Source of the DNA: a virus
Lineage: Duplodnaviria; Caudoviricetes
Length of the DNA: 36,738 nt
Virus record (IMG/VR): IMGVR_UViG_3300020336_000022
Location: 1 to 36,738 of that record
Direction: 5' to 3' (one strand)
Position 1 is the first letter of the stretch; every line of letters starts with the position of its first letter. A model generated the notes under the pieces. It was not told the DNA's origin. It did no database searches and was given only the letters and a program-made list of their open reading frames with translations. A program made the translations under genes and the position numbers. Of the stretch, positions 18,701 to 26,573 are shown piece by piece.

Positions 18701-20069
18701 AGGGAACTACAAACGTCCTACATCAGACATGGGTAAGATGCTTGTTGGTATCCAGAAAAACCTTATGTTCCTTACAACTATTGGAACACTAGGCATGGCT
18801 GCTGTGTCATCTCTTCCAGAACTTGCATTGTCCTCTCGTGCTTTAACTGCTGAACAGATCTTTAAAAGAAAAGGTTCATCTTCAAATGACACAAGCCTAC
18901 AAAACTTTGGTAAAGAACTAGCCTCTGGATTAAGTGCTGCAATAAGACAAACAGGTTCTGTTATAACACGTAGAGAACAAGCCTTGGGTAATATTGATCC
19001 ATCTACAGGTGTTCCTTTTGCTAGTAGATCTAGAGGTCAAGACTTACGTAGAGAGCTAGGTTATGATGCGTGGGAGCTTGGTGCAGCTACAGTGACTGGT
19101 GTTTCAGAAATGAATCCATCACATCAAAGATTCTATGAGATCTTCTTTAAGGCTACTGGTCTTACTGGCTTTACTAACATGACTCGTTCTATGAGAGCAG
19201 CTATATCTGCTGATTATATTTTTGATCATGTTAATATTATTGTTGATCAAAGAACAAGTGGTGAAGTAAAAACCAATGAGGTTCAACAGTCAGAAGAAGC
19301 TTTAAGAAACATTGGTATTAATGTTGATGACATGGCTATGTTATTTACTGAATCAAGAAAAAGAGATGCTGTGGGTGATACTAGAACACAAGAACAAATA
19401 CAAGCTGACGATAAACTTATGCAAGACAATTTAAGAATTGGATCTATGAACTTTATTGATGATGCTATAGCACTCCCAGGGGTGGCTAACAGACCATTGA
19501 TCTATCAAGACCCAAGGTTCTTTTTGTTTACACAGTTCCAGGGATTCATTGCTACATTTACAGCAAACCATATTCCTAAACTATGGGGTGAGTATGTAAA
19601 GCGTGGTACTCCAGCAATGAAGTATAATGCGTTTGCTATCATGGCTACTATGATTATGATGGGCTTTGCCTCTCAGTATCTAAAGGATCTCATTAAGTAT
19701 GGTGGTTTGGATGAAGACGAATACAAGACAGGTAAGAACCCTCACCTAGAGACTGAAGAGTATATCCAACGTGGTATCCGTTCATCAGGTCTACTTGGTG
19801 TTGGTGAGCGTGTGCTTGATCAGTTCTTCCCTATATACGAACAACGTTCTGGTAATGCTGGAGAGTGGTTGTGGAATACAACAACAGGTGAAGCACCTGC
19901 TACTGGTACATTAAAACGTATTGGTAGAGCAATCGGTAAGACAGCAACAGGAGACTTTGCTGGTGGTGCACAAGAAGGTAGTAGGTTAATCCCTGCCCTC
20001 GGTGTTACTGGTGGATTCTCAAGAGTTGGAGACTTTGCGCCAGACTCATGGAACTATAAAGGAGAATAA
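15759..20069 (+). CDS. Large ejection protein (T7 gp16-like position) with N-terminal staphylococcal-nuclease-like domain
   Basis: LDADTI, VRFGGIDAPE, DxxxTR, RELAINGV at the N-terminus; amphipathic Gly/Ala helices; C-terminal FTQFQGF...LKDLIK...GLLG; no Cys in 1436 aa. Confidence 0.75.
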   Translation: MLDVSDYENLLSGDSNQLVGAKNKTTFLDADTIREEGNDLDVRFGGIDAPETYKTWQGLSASQDVGAVQTAEQVQALANQLGYTEVRRRFNPDGTPEMDATKTRQMGDLVHPETGKSFSRELAINGVVDIAEGYDPGNMLLTSKRFSNFLKGPRADQTDPDYQPNEFDKARMMIQEGVNEERRFAQQFKRAQKFSGEIGMLDEQIKMVEDGLSEMRESGEEPTDQDLVGLQMLKKQRAAINEAATPELDYYDRDDVTGRANNPMTVAWETGWNSVAQSAYALADMLGEKIDWEAAENFGEAGMRRAQARMGDNGKIITDYKDVDGFLTAVEFLGTNAAMSLPYMAASGGAALLSGVTGGASILLPVSMYTGNTWAEMEGDNKSATVAIAAGTIQAVLDRVGIQLIFRQGITPKAMYKDALTALTSKGMGKEAAEKLLLTATRKELAEFAGDAAKVARQQITGKAIFKDLATRGLIGGTGEGVTEAMQEATAYLGATLGSDKVFDYNELTDRMIAASIAGTSLGTAFSVPGAAVNAGAWADVAVRQLPAEAKRLSEEGAQAEAERTRNGQIAYNEAKAAEEYRRAKDEGYDPNNPDMFTAQEIEAIAEQARIDGSRVKTIEENLQDLEKEIAERKEADPNYKPAELNDRTEAHRKAKSERTLGETIGEMFASAPALWRRSIDYIIPAEVKRISASARILAAQFGGGLQKIFSSADFEMAKRNRVSVYRNMLQNPADFWNVMGNGRVLSQKEIDTLSDDLYRRLEPVINGTGPVDISGLNQAQQAAVTALSLQMDTVSEAMYDDQIKAGGELNQRKHYLHRFKTLNKVAVQKNRNEFEALLVKTYPQISPGDAKILVDEILNSDTITDIDEAGAVAGIEFLKGFDVTKGGIVPGSHRKNTLGMSEKKGDDGELVFKDFMERDIYKNIQHSIKSAARFTAHRDYIGKNGEKVAFLLDKMQAEGVPAAEVNRIAKLMQDYLNAESGNYKRPTSDMGKMLVGIQKNLMFLTTIGTLGMAAVSSLPELALSSRALTAEQIFKRKGSSSNDTSLQNFGKELASGLSAAIRQTGSVITRREQALGNIDPSTGVPFASRSRGQDLRRELGYDAWELGAATVTGVSEMNPSHQRFYEIFFKATGLTGFTNMTRSMRAAISADYIFDHVNIIVDQRTSGEVKTNEVQQSEEALRNIGINVDDMAMLFTESRKRDAVGDTRTQEQIQADDKLMQDNLRIGSMNFIDDAIALPGVANRPLIYQDPRFFLFTQFQGFIATFTANHIPKLWGEYVKRGTPAMKYNAFAIMATMIMMGFASQYLKDLIKYGGLDEDEYKTGKNPHLETEEYIQRGIRSSGLLGVGERVLDQFFPIYEQRSGNAGEWLWNTTTGEAPATGTLKRIGRAIGKTATGDFAGGAQEGSRLIPALGVTGGFSRVGDFAPDSWNYKGE

Positions 20070-20070
20070 T

Positions 20071-23000
20071 ATGGCAGGTAAATCTAATGTAACAGGCCTA
20101 GATACTGGTACAGTACTACCTTCAGAACAATTAGAGTTGGCTTTAGGATTTGAAAAGGTGTTAGCGGGGGATACAGCCCCGCCAGCAGCCCCTGAAGCCC
20201 CTGAGGTTACTACCCCACCAGTAGAACCTGTAGCGCCTGTCACAGAAGCTCCTGTGGAGACTGTTCCAGAAGCCTTGCTTAGTACGGTTGACGAAACAGC
20301 GGGGGTTGTAGAAGAGGTGACTGAGGGTGAGCCTGAGGTGTTTGGTCCTCCAGATCCTAGGTTTACAAAACCCTCTATGGCTCAAGAGGCTAAAGGAGAA
20401 AGCGGCCCTAGCACATACTGGTCAGCGTTTGAAGCACAATCAGACCCTGATGCTGCTGGATCTTCTAGTGCTATGCCTAACGGTGACATTGAGGGGAGAG
20501 CAGCAAGACTAGCTGAAGATGTTGCATCAGGTGCTATATACCTTGGCGGTACTACAGCTGCTGCAGATCAAGACAATAAACTTAACTCTTTGTTAAACAA
20601 TACCAACGCTCTTGACAATGGTAATAATGACTCTGGTAAACCAAGAATGACCCCATTGTTTGCTAAAGTATTAACGTATGTCACTGAAGATGCCTTGTCG
20701 CAAACTTCTTTTGGTAAGAATGAAGACGGTCAGTTTGATCCGATGGATCAGGTTACTGATGATCAACTCATGGGCACTGGCGCTTTCTCTAAAGCTGATG
20801 GTAACCGTAGGCTTGGTCGAGAAATACACAGGGCACATCAAAGAATTATTAATAAGCAGCAAAAGAAACCCACTGATGCTTATACTGATCTGTCTCCTGA
20901 TGATGCTTTCTTACTGGGTGATATAGCAAAAGAATTATACTACCAAGGGATGAACCGACAGTACGGTGAGAATGTTTTTCTTAATAGACAAACACCAGAC
21001 TCTACTGTTAAAGGTGAACAAGTTGTGTTTGAAGTAACCGACACTGGTGCTTCTCTTTTAAGGCAGGGTAATACACTTCGTAAAAAACTACTACCCAAAG
21101 ACCATGTTCGCCCATTAAAGACACCACCAGTAGATGGTATGTTGGGTGGTGAGATAGGTAGAATAACAAGAAGTATAACACAGCGAGTCTTTGTTCCTGG
21201 GGATGCTGTAAATGCTGCAGAACTTAATGAGGCTATGAGAAACTATTCTCAAGTAGCTCATGTGGTTGACCCTCAACGTCTAAAGATTTTGTTAGCTACT
21301 GCTATGGCAGCATTAAGTTCTTCAAGTAATCCTTATAGATCCATCAATCATATTGGTGAAGATAAAATGAACGAGTTTGTTGCTAGACAAAAGATTGCTC
21401 AGTCTCAAGGTCGTAGAATTATCCCTGATCCAAATGACAGTATGAGGGCGATTGAGGATGATTTAGCTCAAGCGTTGTACGGTATATGCCTTGACCGAAA
21501 AGGTGCAAACTATCTTACATTTTATTTGCAAGGTGCAACAGGTCGTATTGCTGTACAACAAACAAACTTTGATCCGACAACTAAAAAGTCTGTTCGGTTT
21601 GTTACTCGTAGCGCAACCCCTACAATGATTAACAAAGGCTCTAGGTTTGATAAAGCTCTTAGACAAATGTATGCTATGGCTTTAGTAAAGGATGCAGATG
21701 CCTTAGTTCCTTCGGCTAGAGAAAAAGCTCTTACAAGTGCAGAAGAATCACTTTACAACAAAGGTGTTAGACTTCGTACTGCTTTAGCTGCAATCTCTGA
21801 TAGTCAAGTTGAAAAAGTAGCTGATGCTATTGCTGCTGGTATGCCTTTGAGTGATCCTAATTTTCCACAGATGCCAACATTACAACTTGATCCTAATAAT
21901 GAATCAGATGCAACTCTTATGGCAGAGATTCAAAAGAAAGGTGAAGATGGTCAAGCTTACATTGATGGGCTTATAGACTTTGCTAATTACAAAGAGGCTA
22001 TGGATGCAAATGAAGGAGCAGGTAGACCATACCATACATACTTTAATGCGTACATAGATGGTAAAACTAATGGTCTTGCTGGTAATGGTATGCAGCTTGG
22101 TGATATGGACACTGCCAAAAGAACTGGTGTAATACGTAGTGGGACCAGTCCATTCTTTCTTGATGATGATCAAGACATACGGGATGTACTTGAAAATACC
22201 CTTATAAGACTATCAGCTAATGAAGAGTATAAGGCTTTTTCAAGAAGTGGGTGGCCTGAAGTATATGAAATAGCTAAGATTGTGTATGGTAATAGGGGTT
22301 TAAATAAAACCACATCTATGACATTTGGTTATGGAAAAAATGTTGAAGGTTTTAAACAAGACATTGAAGAGTTTATGTTGATTATGCAGGGTGAGGGGAC
22401 CCCTGAAGGTCAACGCCTTAATGAGCTAATGTCAATATTTGATAGTAAAAATTCAAGTAAGGGAGATTTAATTGACGCTATACATTCACATTATGACAAT
22501 GCGTTAAGAGAAGTACTTGGTGAAAACACTATGCCATCTCGTAATATTATGAGAGGTGCTGCGTTCTTACACTCAATAGCAAATGAGTTGTTTACTATTA
22601 ATGGGCCAACAGGTTCCAAGCTTAACATGGGTGGGATGATGTCCACTGGTGCTGCTATAGGAAAAGCTACATCAATAAAAATCTTTGTTAATAAAAAAGG
22701 TAAGTATAATATTTGGTACGGGTCTGGTGAAAACGCTAGTCTTAGTAACCTAGCTCTTAGACCTTTTCAAGATAAAGAAGGAAGAGTTTATCAAACAGTT
22801 GAACATGCTTATCAAACCCTTAAGTCTGGTAAGTTTGATGAAGAAACTTATAACAAACCTTGGAAGGCAGGTGTAAAATTTAAAGGAAAACGTGTTAATG
22901 AAGAAATAAGTATTGGTCTTATGACTAAACTTATACAAGCAAGTCTTGATCAGAACCCTGATGCTATGACAGCGTTACAAGAAACTCGTGGAAAAGAAAT

Positions 23001-23928
23001 AACACACAATGAAGATAATACTATCTGGAATAAAGAGTTTCCTAGAATCCTTATGCAAATTAGAGATGGTTCTCCTTTTTATCAAAAGCAAACAACACCA
23101 AAGTCTCAAGTGTACGGTGAAGAGGCTACGTCTGCAGCCCCAAAGTTTAGGACTGACCCTATAACAGGTGAACAAACAACTGAAGTAGGTGGTACATCTT
23201 GGGGTGCTGCAATACCTATCCCTGTTCAATCAATTGATGCTGCAACAGTAGCAAGATTAGCATCTGATAAGGGTGGTTATTGGAAAGACATTAAAAGAAA
23301 GTCACAGAATCCTAAGCAACAACCGTATGTGTTTCCTATCTATGATGCATTTAAAATGGATGCTGCTTCGTATGATGCTGTTCTTAAAGATGTAAACAAA
23401 GCATGGGTAGATATTAATTTTGAGTGGTCTTACCTAAAGCAAACACAGAACTCTTTAAAGCAATTGAGACAATCCTTAAATGAAAAGTTTAAGAATCCAA
23501 CTCAAGTGTTGCAAGGTAATGAAAAAGCTATGATGAATTATCTTTTTTCAAATTATATAACTAAGTCAGGTAACCCCGTGTTAAATATTAACAATAAACT
23601 GGGACAAGTTATGTACCCTGTTCCTAAAGGGGATGATATTTTTGGAGAAGTTAAATCCTTGCAATCAGATATGAAAAAACATGGGTTTACTAAATTTACT
23701 GTAATTGGTGGTGGAGGTAATGAAATTATTAATCCAAACACAGAATTAACTGTAGAAGATTTAAAAATATTTATAGATGCTCTTGAAAGAAAAATAAATC
23801 TTGATCGTAGATTAAACAGTTTGATATCTAAAACTGATGGATTGAGGTCTAAACTAGAGTCAAAGATTATAGCTAACATGAATAGCAATAACCCTGACTT
23901 AGCAGTCCTTCAATACTATTCACATTAA
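20071..23928 (+). CDS. Putative virion-encapsidated single-subunit RNA polymerase (N4 vRNAP-like, ~1285 aa) with NADAR-like insertion
   Basis: ATG 20071 after AAGGAG; ATGR motif, motif A YIDGKTNG, motif B RGLNKTTSMTFGYG (Rx3Kx7YG), IPVQSIDA, motif C PIYDAF, all in canonical order. Confidence 0.85.
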   Translation: MAGKSNVTGLDTGTVLPSEQLELALGFEKVLAGDTAPPAAPEAPEVTTPPVEPVAPVTEAPVETVPEALLSTVDETAGVVEEVTEGEPEVFGPPDPRFTKPSMAQEAKGESGPSTYWSAFEAQSDPDAAGSSSAMPNGDIEGRAARLAEDVASGAIYLGGTTAAADQDNKLNSLLNNTNALDNGNNDSGKPRMTPLFAKVLTYVTEDALSQTSFGKNEDGQFDPMDQVTDDQLMGTGAFSKADGNRRLGREIHRAHQRIINKQQKKPTDAYTDLSPDDAFLLGDIAKELYYQGMNRQYGENVFLNRQTPDSTVKGEQVVFEVTDTGASLLRQGNTLRKKLLPKDHVRPLKTPPVDGMLGGEIGRITRSITQRVFVPGDAVNAAELNEAMRNYSQVAHVVDPQRLKILLATAMAALSSSSNPYRSINHIGEDKMNEFVARQKIAQSQGRRIIPDPNDSMRAIEDDLAQALYGICLDRKGANYLTFYLQGATGRIAVQQTNFDPTTKKSVRFVTRSATPTMINKGSRFDKALRQMYAMALVKDADALVPSAREKALTSAEESLYNKGVRLRTALAAISDSQVEKVADAIAAGMPLSDPNFPQMPTLQLDPNNESDATLMAEIQKKGEDGQAYIDGLIDFANYKEAMDANEGAGRPYHTYFNAYIDGKTNGLAGNGMQLGDMDTAKRTGVIRSGTSPFFLDDDQDIRDVLENTLIRLSANEEYKAFSRSGWPEVYEIAKIVYGNRGLNKTTSMTFGYGKNVEGFKQDIEEFMLIMQGEGTPEGQRLNELMSIFDSKNSSKGDLIDAIHSHYDNALREVLGENTMPSRNIMRGAAFLHSIANELFTINGPTGSKLNMGGMMSTGAAIGKATSIKIFVNKKGKYNIWYGSGENASLSNLALRPFQDKEGRVYQTVEHAYQTLKSGKFDEETYNKPWKAGVKFKGKRVNEEISIGLMTKLIQASLDQNPDAMTALQETRGKEITHNEDNTIWNKEFPRILMQIRDGSPFYQKQTTPKSQVYGEEATSAAPKFRTDPITGEQTTEVGGTSWGAAIPIPVQSIDAATVARLASDKGGYWKDIKRKSQNPKQQPYVFPIYDAFKMDAASYDAVLKDVNKAWVDINFEWSYLKQTQNSLKQLRQSLNEKFKNPTQVLQGNEKAMMNYLFSNYITKSGNPVLNINNKLGQVMYPVPKGDDIFGEVKSLQSDMKKHGFTKFTVIGGGGNEIINPNTELTVEDLKIFIDALERKINLDRRLNSLISKTDGLRSKLESKIIANMNSNNPDLAVLQYYSH
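22705..23070 (+). other. NADAR (YbiA-like) domain inserted within the RNAP
   Basis: LSNLALRPF...YQTVEHAYQTLK...LMTKLIQASLDQNP...LQET...ITH..D..W..EFPRILMQIRD. Confidence 0.8.
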
Positions 23929-23979
23929 AAAAAATACCCCTACTAGAATCCAATCAAGGAAACTAGTAGGGGCTTTTTT
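23927..23979. terminator. Bidirectional intrinsic terminator between the two arms
   Basis: A-tract, CCCCTACTAG (23937-46) / CTAGTAGGGG (23963-72) stem, T-tract; between convergent genes. Confidence 0.9.
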
Positions 23980-24226
23980 ATTTAAGCATACCGTTTTTAG
24001 CCAGTAGCTCTCTGATGTCACGCTCAGCATCTTTCTTTATCTGTGCAGCTGTGTCTGGTTCCATACCACGTTCAACTGCTTTGTCATAGTTATACTGTAG
24101 CATGTCTTCGTTAATCTTATTTGAGTATGCAGACTCTGGGGATAACCCAAAGGTTTCTACATACTCCATGTCATCTACTGGTGCTCCACGTAGAGCCAAG
24201 TAGTTGTACGATTTCTTATCGCTCAT
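23978..24226 (-). CDS. Hypothetical protein (82 aa)
   Basis: Start MSDKKSY at 24226 after AAGGAG. Confidence 0.75.
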   Translation of the reverse strand: MSDKKSYNYLALRGAPVDDMEYVETFGLSPESAYSNKINEDMLQYNYDKAVERGMEPDTAAQIKKDAERDIRELLAKNGMLK

Positions 24227-24236
24227 TGGTTTCTCC

Positions 24237-26555
24237 TTAGGCAAAGAAGTAATCAGACTCATAGATCTGTGTTACGTCTAGGTTGCCTAGCTCTGGTTGC
24301 TCTACGTCAAGGTTAGTAGCATCAGTGATGATGTTTTGTTGTATCAAGTCGTAGTAATTATCTTTATCATACATATCGATAAAGCTTTGTTTAGTCCTCG
24401 CTAGTAGTGCTTCGACATCACATGCATGAGTGCTAAAGGAATCATGTACTGCTCCGAAATCACCATTCCATTCCTCAATAACCAATGCCATATGACTGGC
24501 ATCCTGACTGTGAATGTAGTTAGGGCTGACACCACACATAAATCCGCGAATGTCTGGGGTCTTCGTAGGTACTCTTGCCACATGGTTCACTCCTTTGTGT
24601 CCTTTAGACTCAGACTTATAGCCACTTATAGTACCTCTACATTTTCGTGTAGCTGTAGTATAGTTCTGGTAGATTACTTTAAACCCTGAGGGTGTTACCC
24701 ATGAGAGGTCGCTTCTACCATTGCCATGTATCAGTTTACTTTTGTATGATCTAAGAAGTACTGTGAGTGTGTTGAGGTGTTCAATCTCCTCATCAGTTTT
24801 ATCTTTCTTTGTGTACAATTCTTTCTGATCCTTGACCAGTTGTTTGTATTCTGGTCCAGCAGGTTCATCTTGATCATTGTACTTTAAGTATTCACCTATC
24901 TCATACTGTGCTAGTCTTTGCAGGTATGCCATAGTATGCAGGGGTCCTGGACATACAAGGTTGATTGCTTTGATTAGCAGCTTAGCTAGTTTATCACAAT
25001 CATCTTGTGTTATCCCATACTCTATGTGAAAGTCCTCTGCTTTACAATCAAAGAACATATTCTCAGCGATCTTCTTTGCACCTGCTGAGTATGCTCTTGT
25101 CATACTACCACGTTTAGATATAGCTTTCCTAATATGTTTCATTGGCATCTGATCAAGGATGTCTTTAAGTCTCTCATCAGTTGTCAAATGATATAACTGT
25201 TTAGCAGTCTGAACATAGAAGTCATGTTGTATTTCTACTGGTATTAGCCCTACAAGCCTCCCTGTCTGGCTGTCTTTAGAAATAGCACCTAGATGCTGCC
25301 AACCATTGTTAGACCCGTCTATGGGCACTGGAAGGTGACTAACGTGGATTCTATTATCTTTGACTGCTCTTTGGTAATCAAACCACTCAAAGCAACAGGA
25401 TAGGAATGACACAGATTTCTCTGCTATATCTGTTACAATACCTTGCCTACCCATTTCGACAATAACTTCCATGTTATCGTTAGTCCACCTTACCCTGTCC
25501 TCAAGGGTAAACTTATCTACGCTTATAGACTCTAGCTTTTCTTCTTCTAGGTATCTTGCATAGTCAGCTTCACACCAGTCAGGTATCTCATCTATGTTAT
25601 AACTCTGGTTGAATGTATTGGCTGTGTGTACAGCTAACCAGAAGAGACCGTCCTCTGTCATAGGTTTACCCCTAGCAAAGGTCATCATACCTCTGGCTAG
25701 ATCAGACCCTTGATAGTTTAGGAAGGACTCTGAGTAGTATAACCTACCCCTATAGTCTGCTTGCATGAACTGATAGAAGACATCGTGATCATAGAGCAGC
25801 TTAGCTTTAGTAGTAATGAAACCCCATTCTACCAGCTTGCTTCTACGTTTCATTTCTTTAGCATCATTATCATCTATTGGTGTTGACGACACAAATGCAT
25901 CTTTGTTTTCTATAAGAGTATCATACACACGCTGGTTGATCCTCCATCCAGTGCGTTGTAGTTTGTTTACTGAAGTAACCCAAGGGGTTCCAATCATAGG
26001 TTCAAACCTTGCGTTGTCCTCTTCTGTCCACTCTTTGATTACAGGTTCACCGTCCTGTTGTATGATCTTTGATATTCTATCTGGTCTTTCTAACACAGTA
26101 TGTGTCAAAGATATCCTCATCATTGCCTCTGGTATATCGGCAAGGTCTATCCATTTAGCTGTAGCTGATACAATATAGCTAGTGTCCCTTGTCTTCGGGT
26201 AGTATATGTCTATGTATCCACAGTTATAGAACGCTTCTATAAAGAGATCACCCAACCTCACATGCATGTTCCAGGGTAACCCAGGGGGTTCCCTTTTGAT
26301 TACACGTGCTATACGTTGACCTATTGCTGTAGATACAGCTGTCAACTGTGCAGTCCCTGCAGGACTATCTGAGGTATCGTAGGTGAATCTCATTTGTATT
26401 GTTTGGAAAGCCACGTTTATTAGTCGTGGCATCTCCTCTTTATATTCTTTATACAATCTCAGAAGTACACCACCTGAGTTTGCCTTAGGGTTATTTGGAT
26501 TAACCCTTGAGACCTTATCAATTAGGTACTCTGAGATGTTATCGAATGGATTCAT
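24237..26555 (-). CDS. T7-like single-subunit DNA-directed RNA polymerase
   Basis: DYRGRLY, PVPIDGSNNGWQH (motif A), KRGSMTRAYS (motif B), WVTPSGF, SPNYIHSQDASH, AVHDSF (motif C). Confidence 0.97.
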   Translation of the reverse strand: MNPFDNISEYLIDKVSRVNPNNPKANSGGVLLRLYKEYKEEMPRLINVAFQTIQMRFTYDTSDSPAGTAQLTAVSTAIGQRIARVIKREPPGLPWNMHVRLGDLFIEAFYNCGYIDIYYPKTRDTSYIVSATAKWIDLADIPEAMMRISLTHTVLERPDRISKIIQQDGEPVIKEWTEEDNARFEPMIGTPWVTSVNKLQRTGWRINQRVYDTLIENKDAFVSSTPIDDNDAKEMKRRSKLVEWGFITTKAKLLYDHDVFYQFMQADYRGRLYYSESFLNYQGSDLARGMMTFARGKPMTEDGLFWLAVHTANTFNQSYNIDEIPDWCEADYARYLEEEKLESISVDKFTLEDRVRWTNDNMEVIVEMGRQGIVTDIAEKSVSFLSCCFEWFDYQRAVKDNRIHVSHLPVPIDGSNNGWQHLGAISKDSQTGRLVGLIPVEIQHDFYVQTAKQLYHLTTDERLKDILDQMPMKHIRKAISKRGSMTRAYSAGAKKIAENMFFDCKAEDFHIEYGITQDDCDKLAKLLIKAINLVCPGPLHTMAYLQRLAQYEIGEYLKYNDQDEPAGPEYKQLVKDQKELYTKKDKTDEEIEHLNTLTVLLRSYKSKLIHGNGRSDLSWVTPSGFKVIYQNYTTATRKCRGTISGYKSESKGHKGVNHVARVPTKTPDIRGFMCGVSPNYIHSQDASHMALVIEEWNGDFGAVHDSFSTHACDVEALLARTKQSFIDMYDKDNYYDLIQQNIITDATNLDVEQPELGNLDVTQIYESDYFFA

Positions 26556-26573
26556 ACAATCCTCTTTCTGTTA

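Noticed and set aside
20002-20070. ORF-track N-terminal extension of the RNAP-like gene
   Set aside because: Overlaps the upstream gene; ATG 20071 has a strong AAGGAG RBS.
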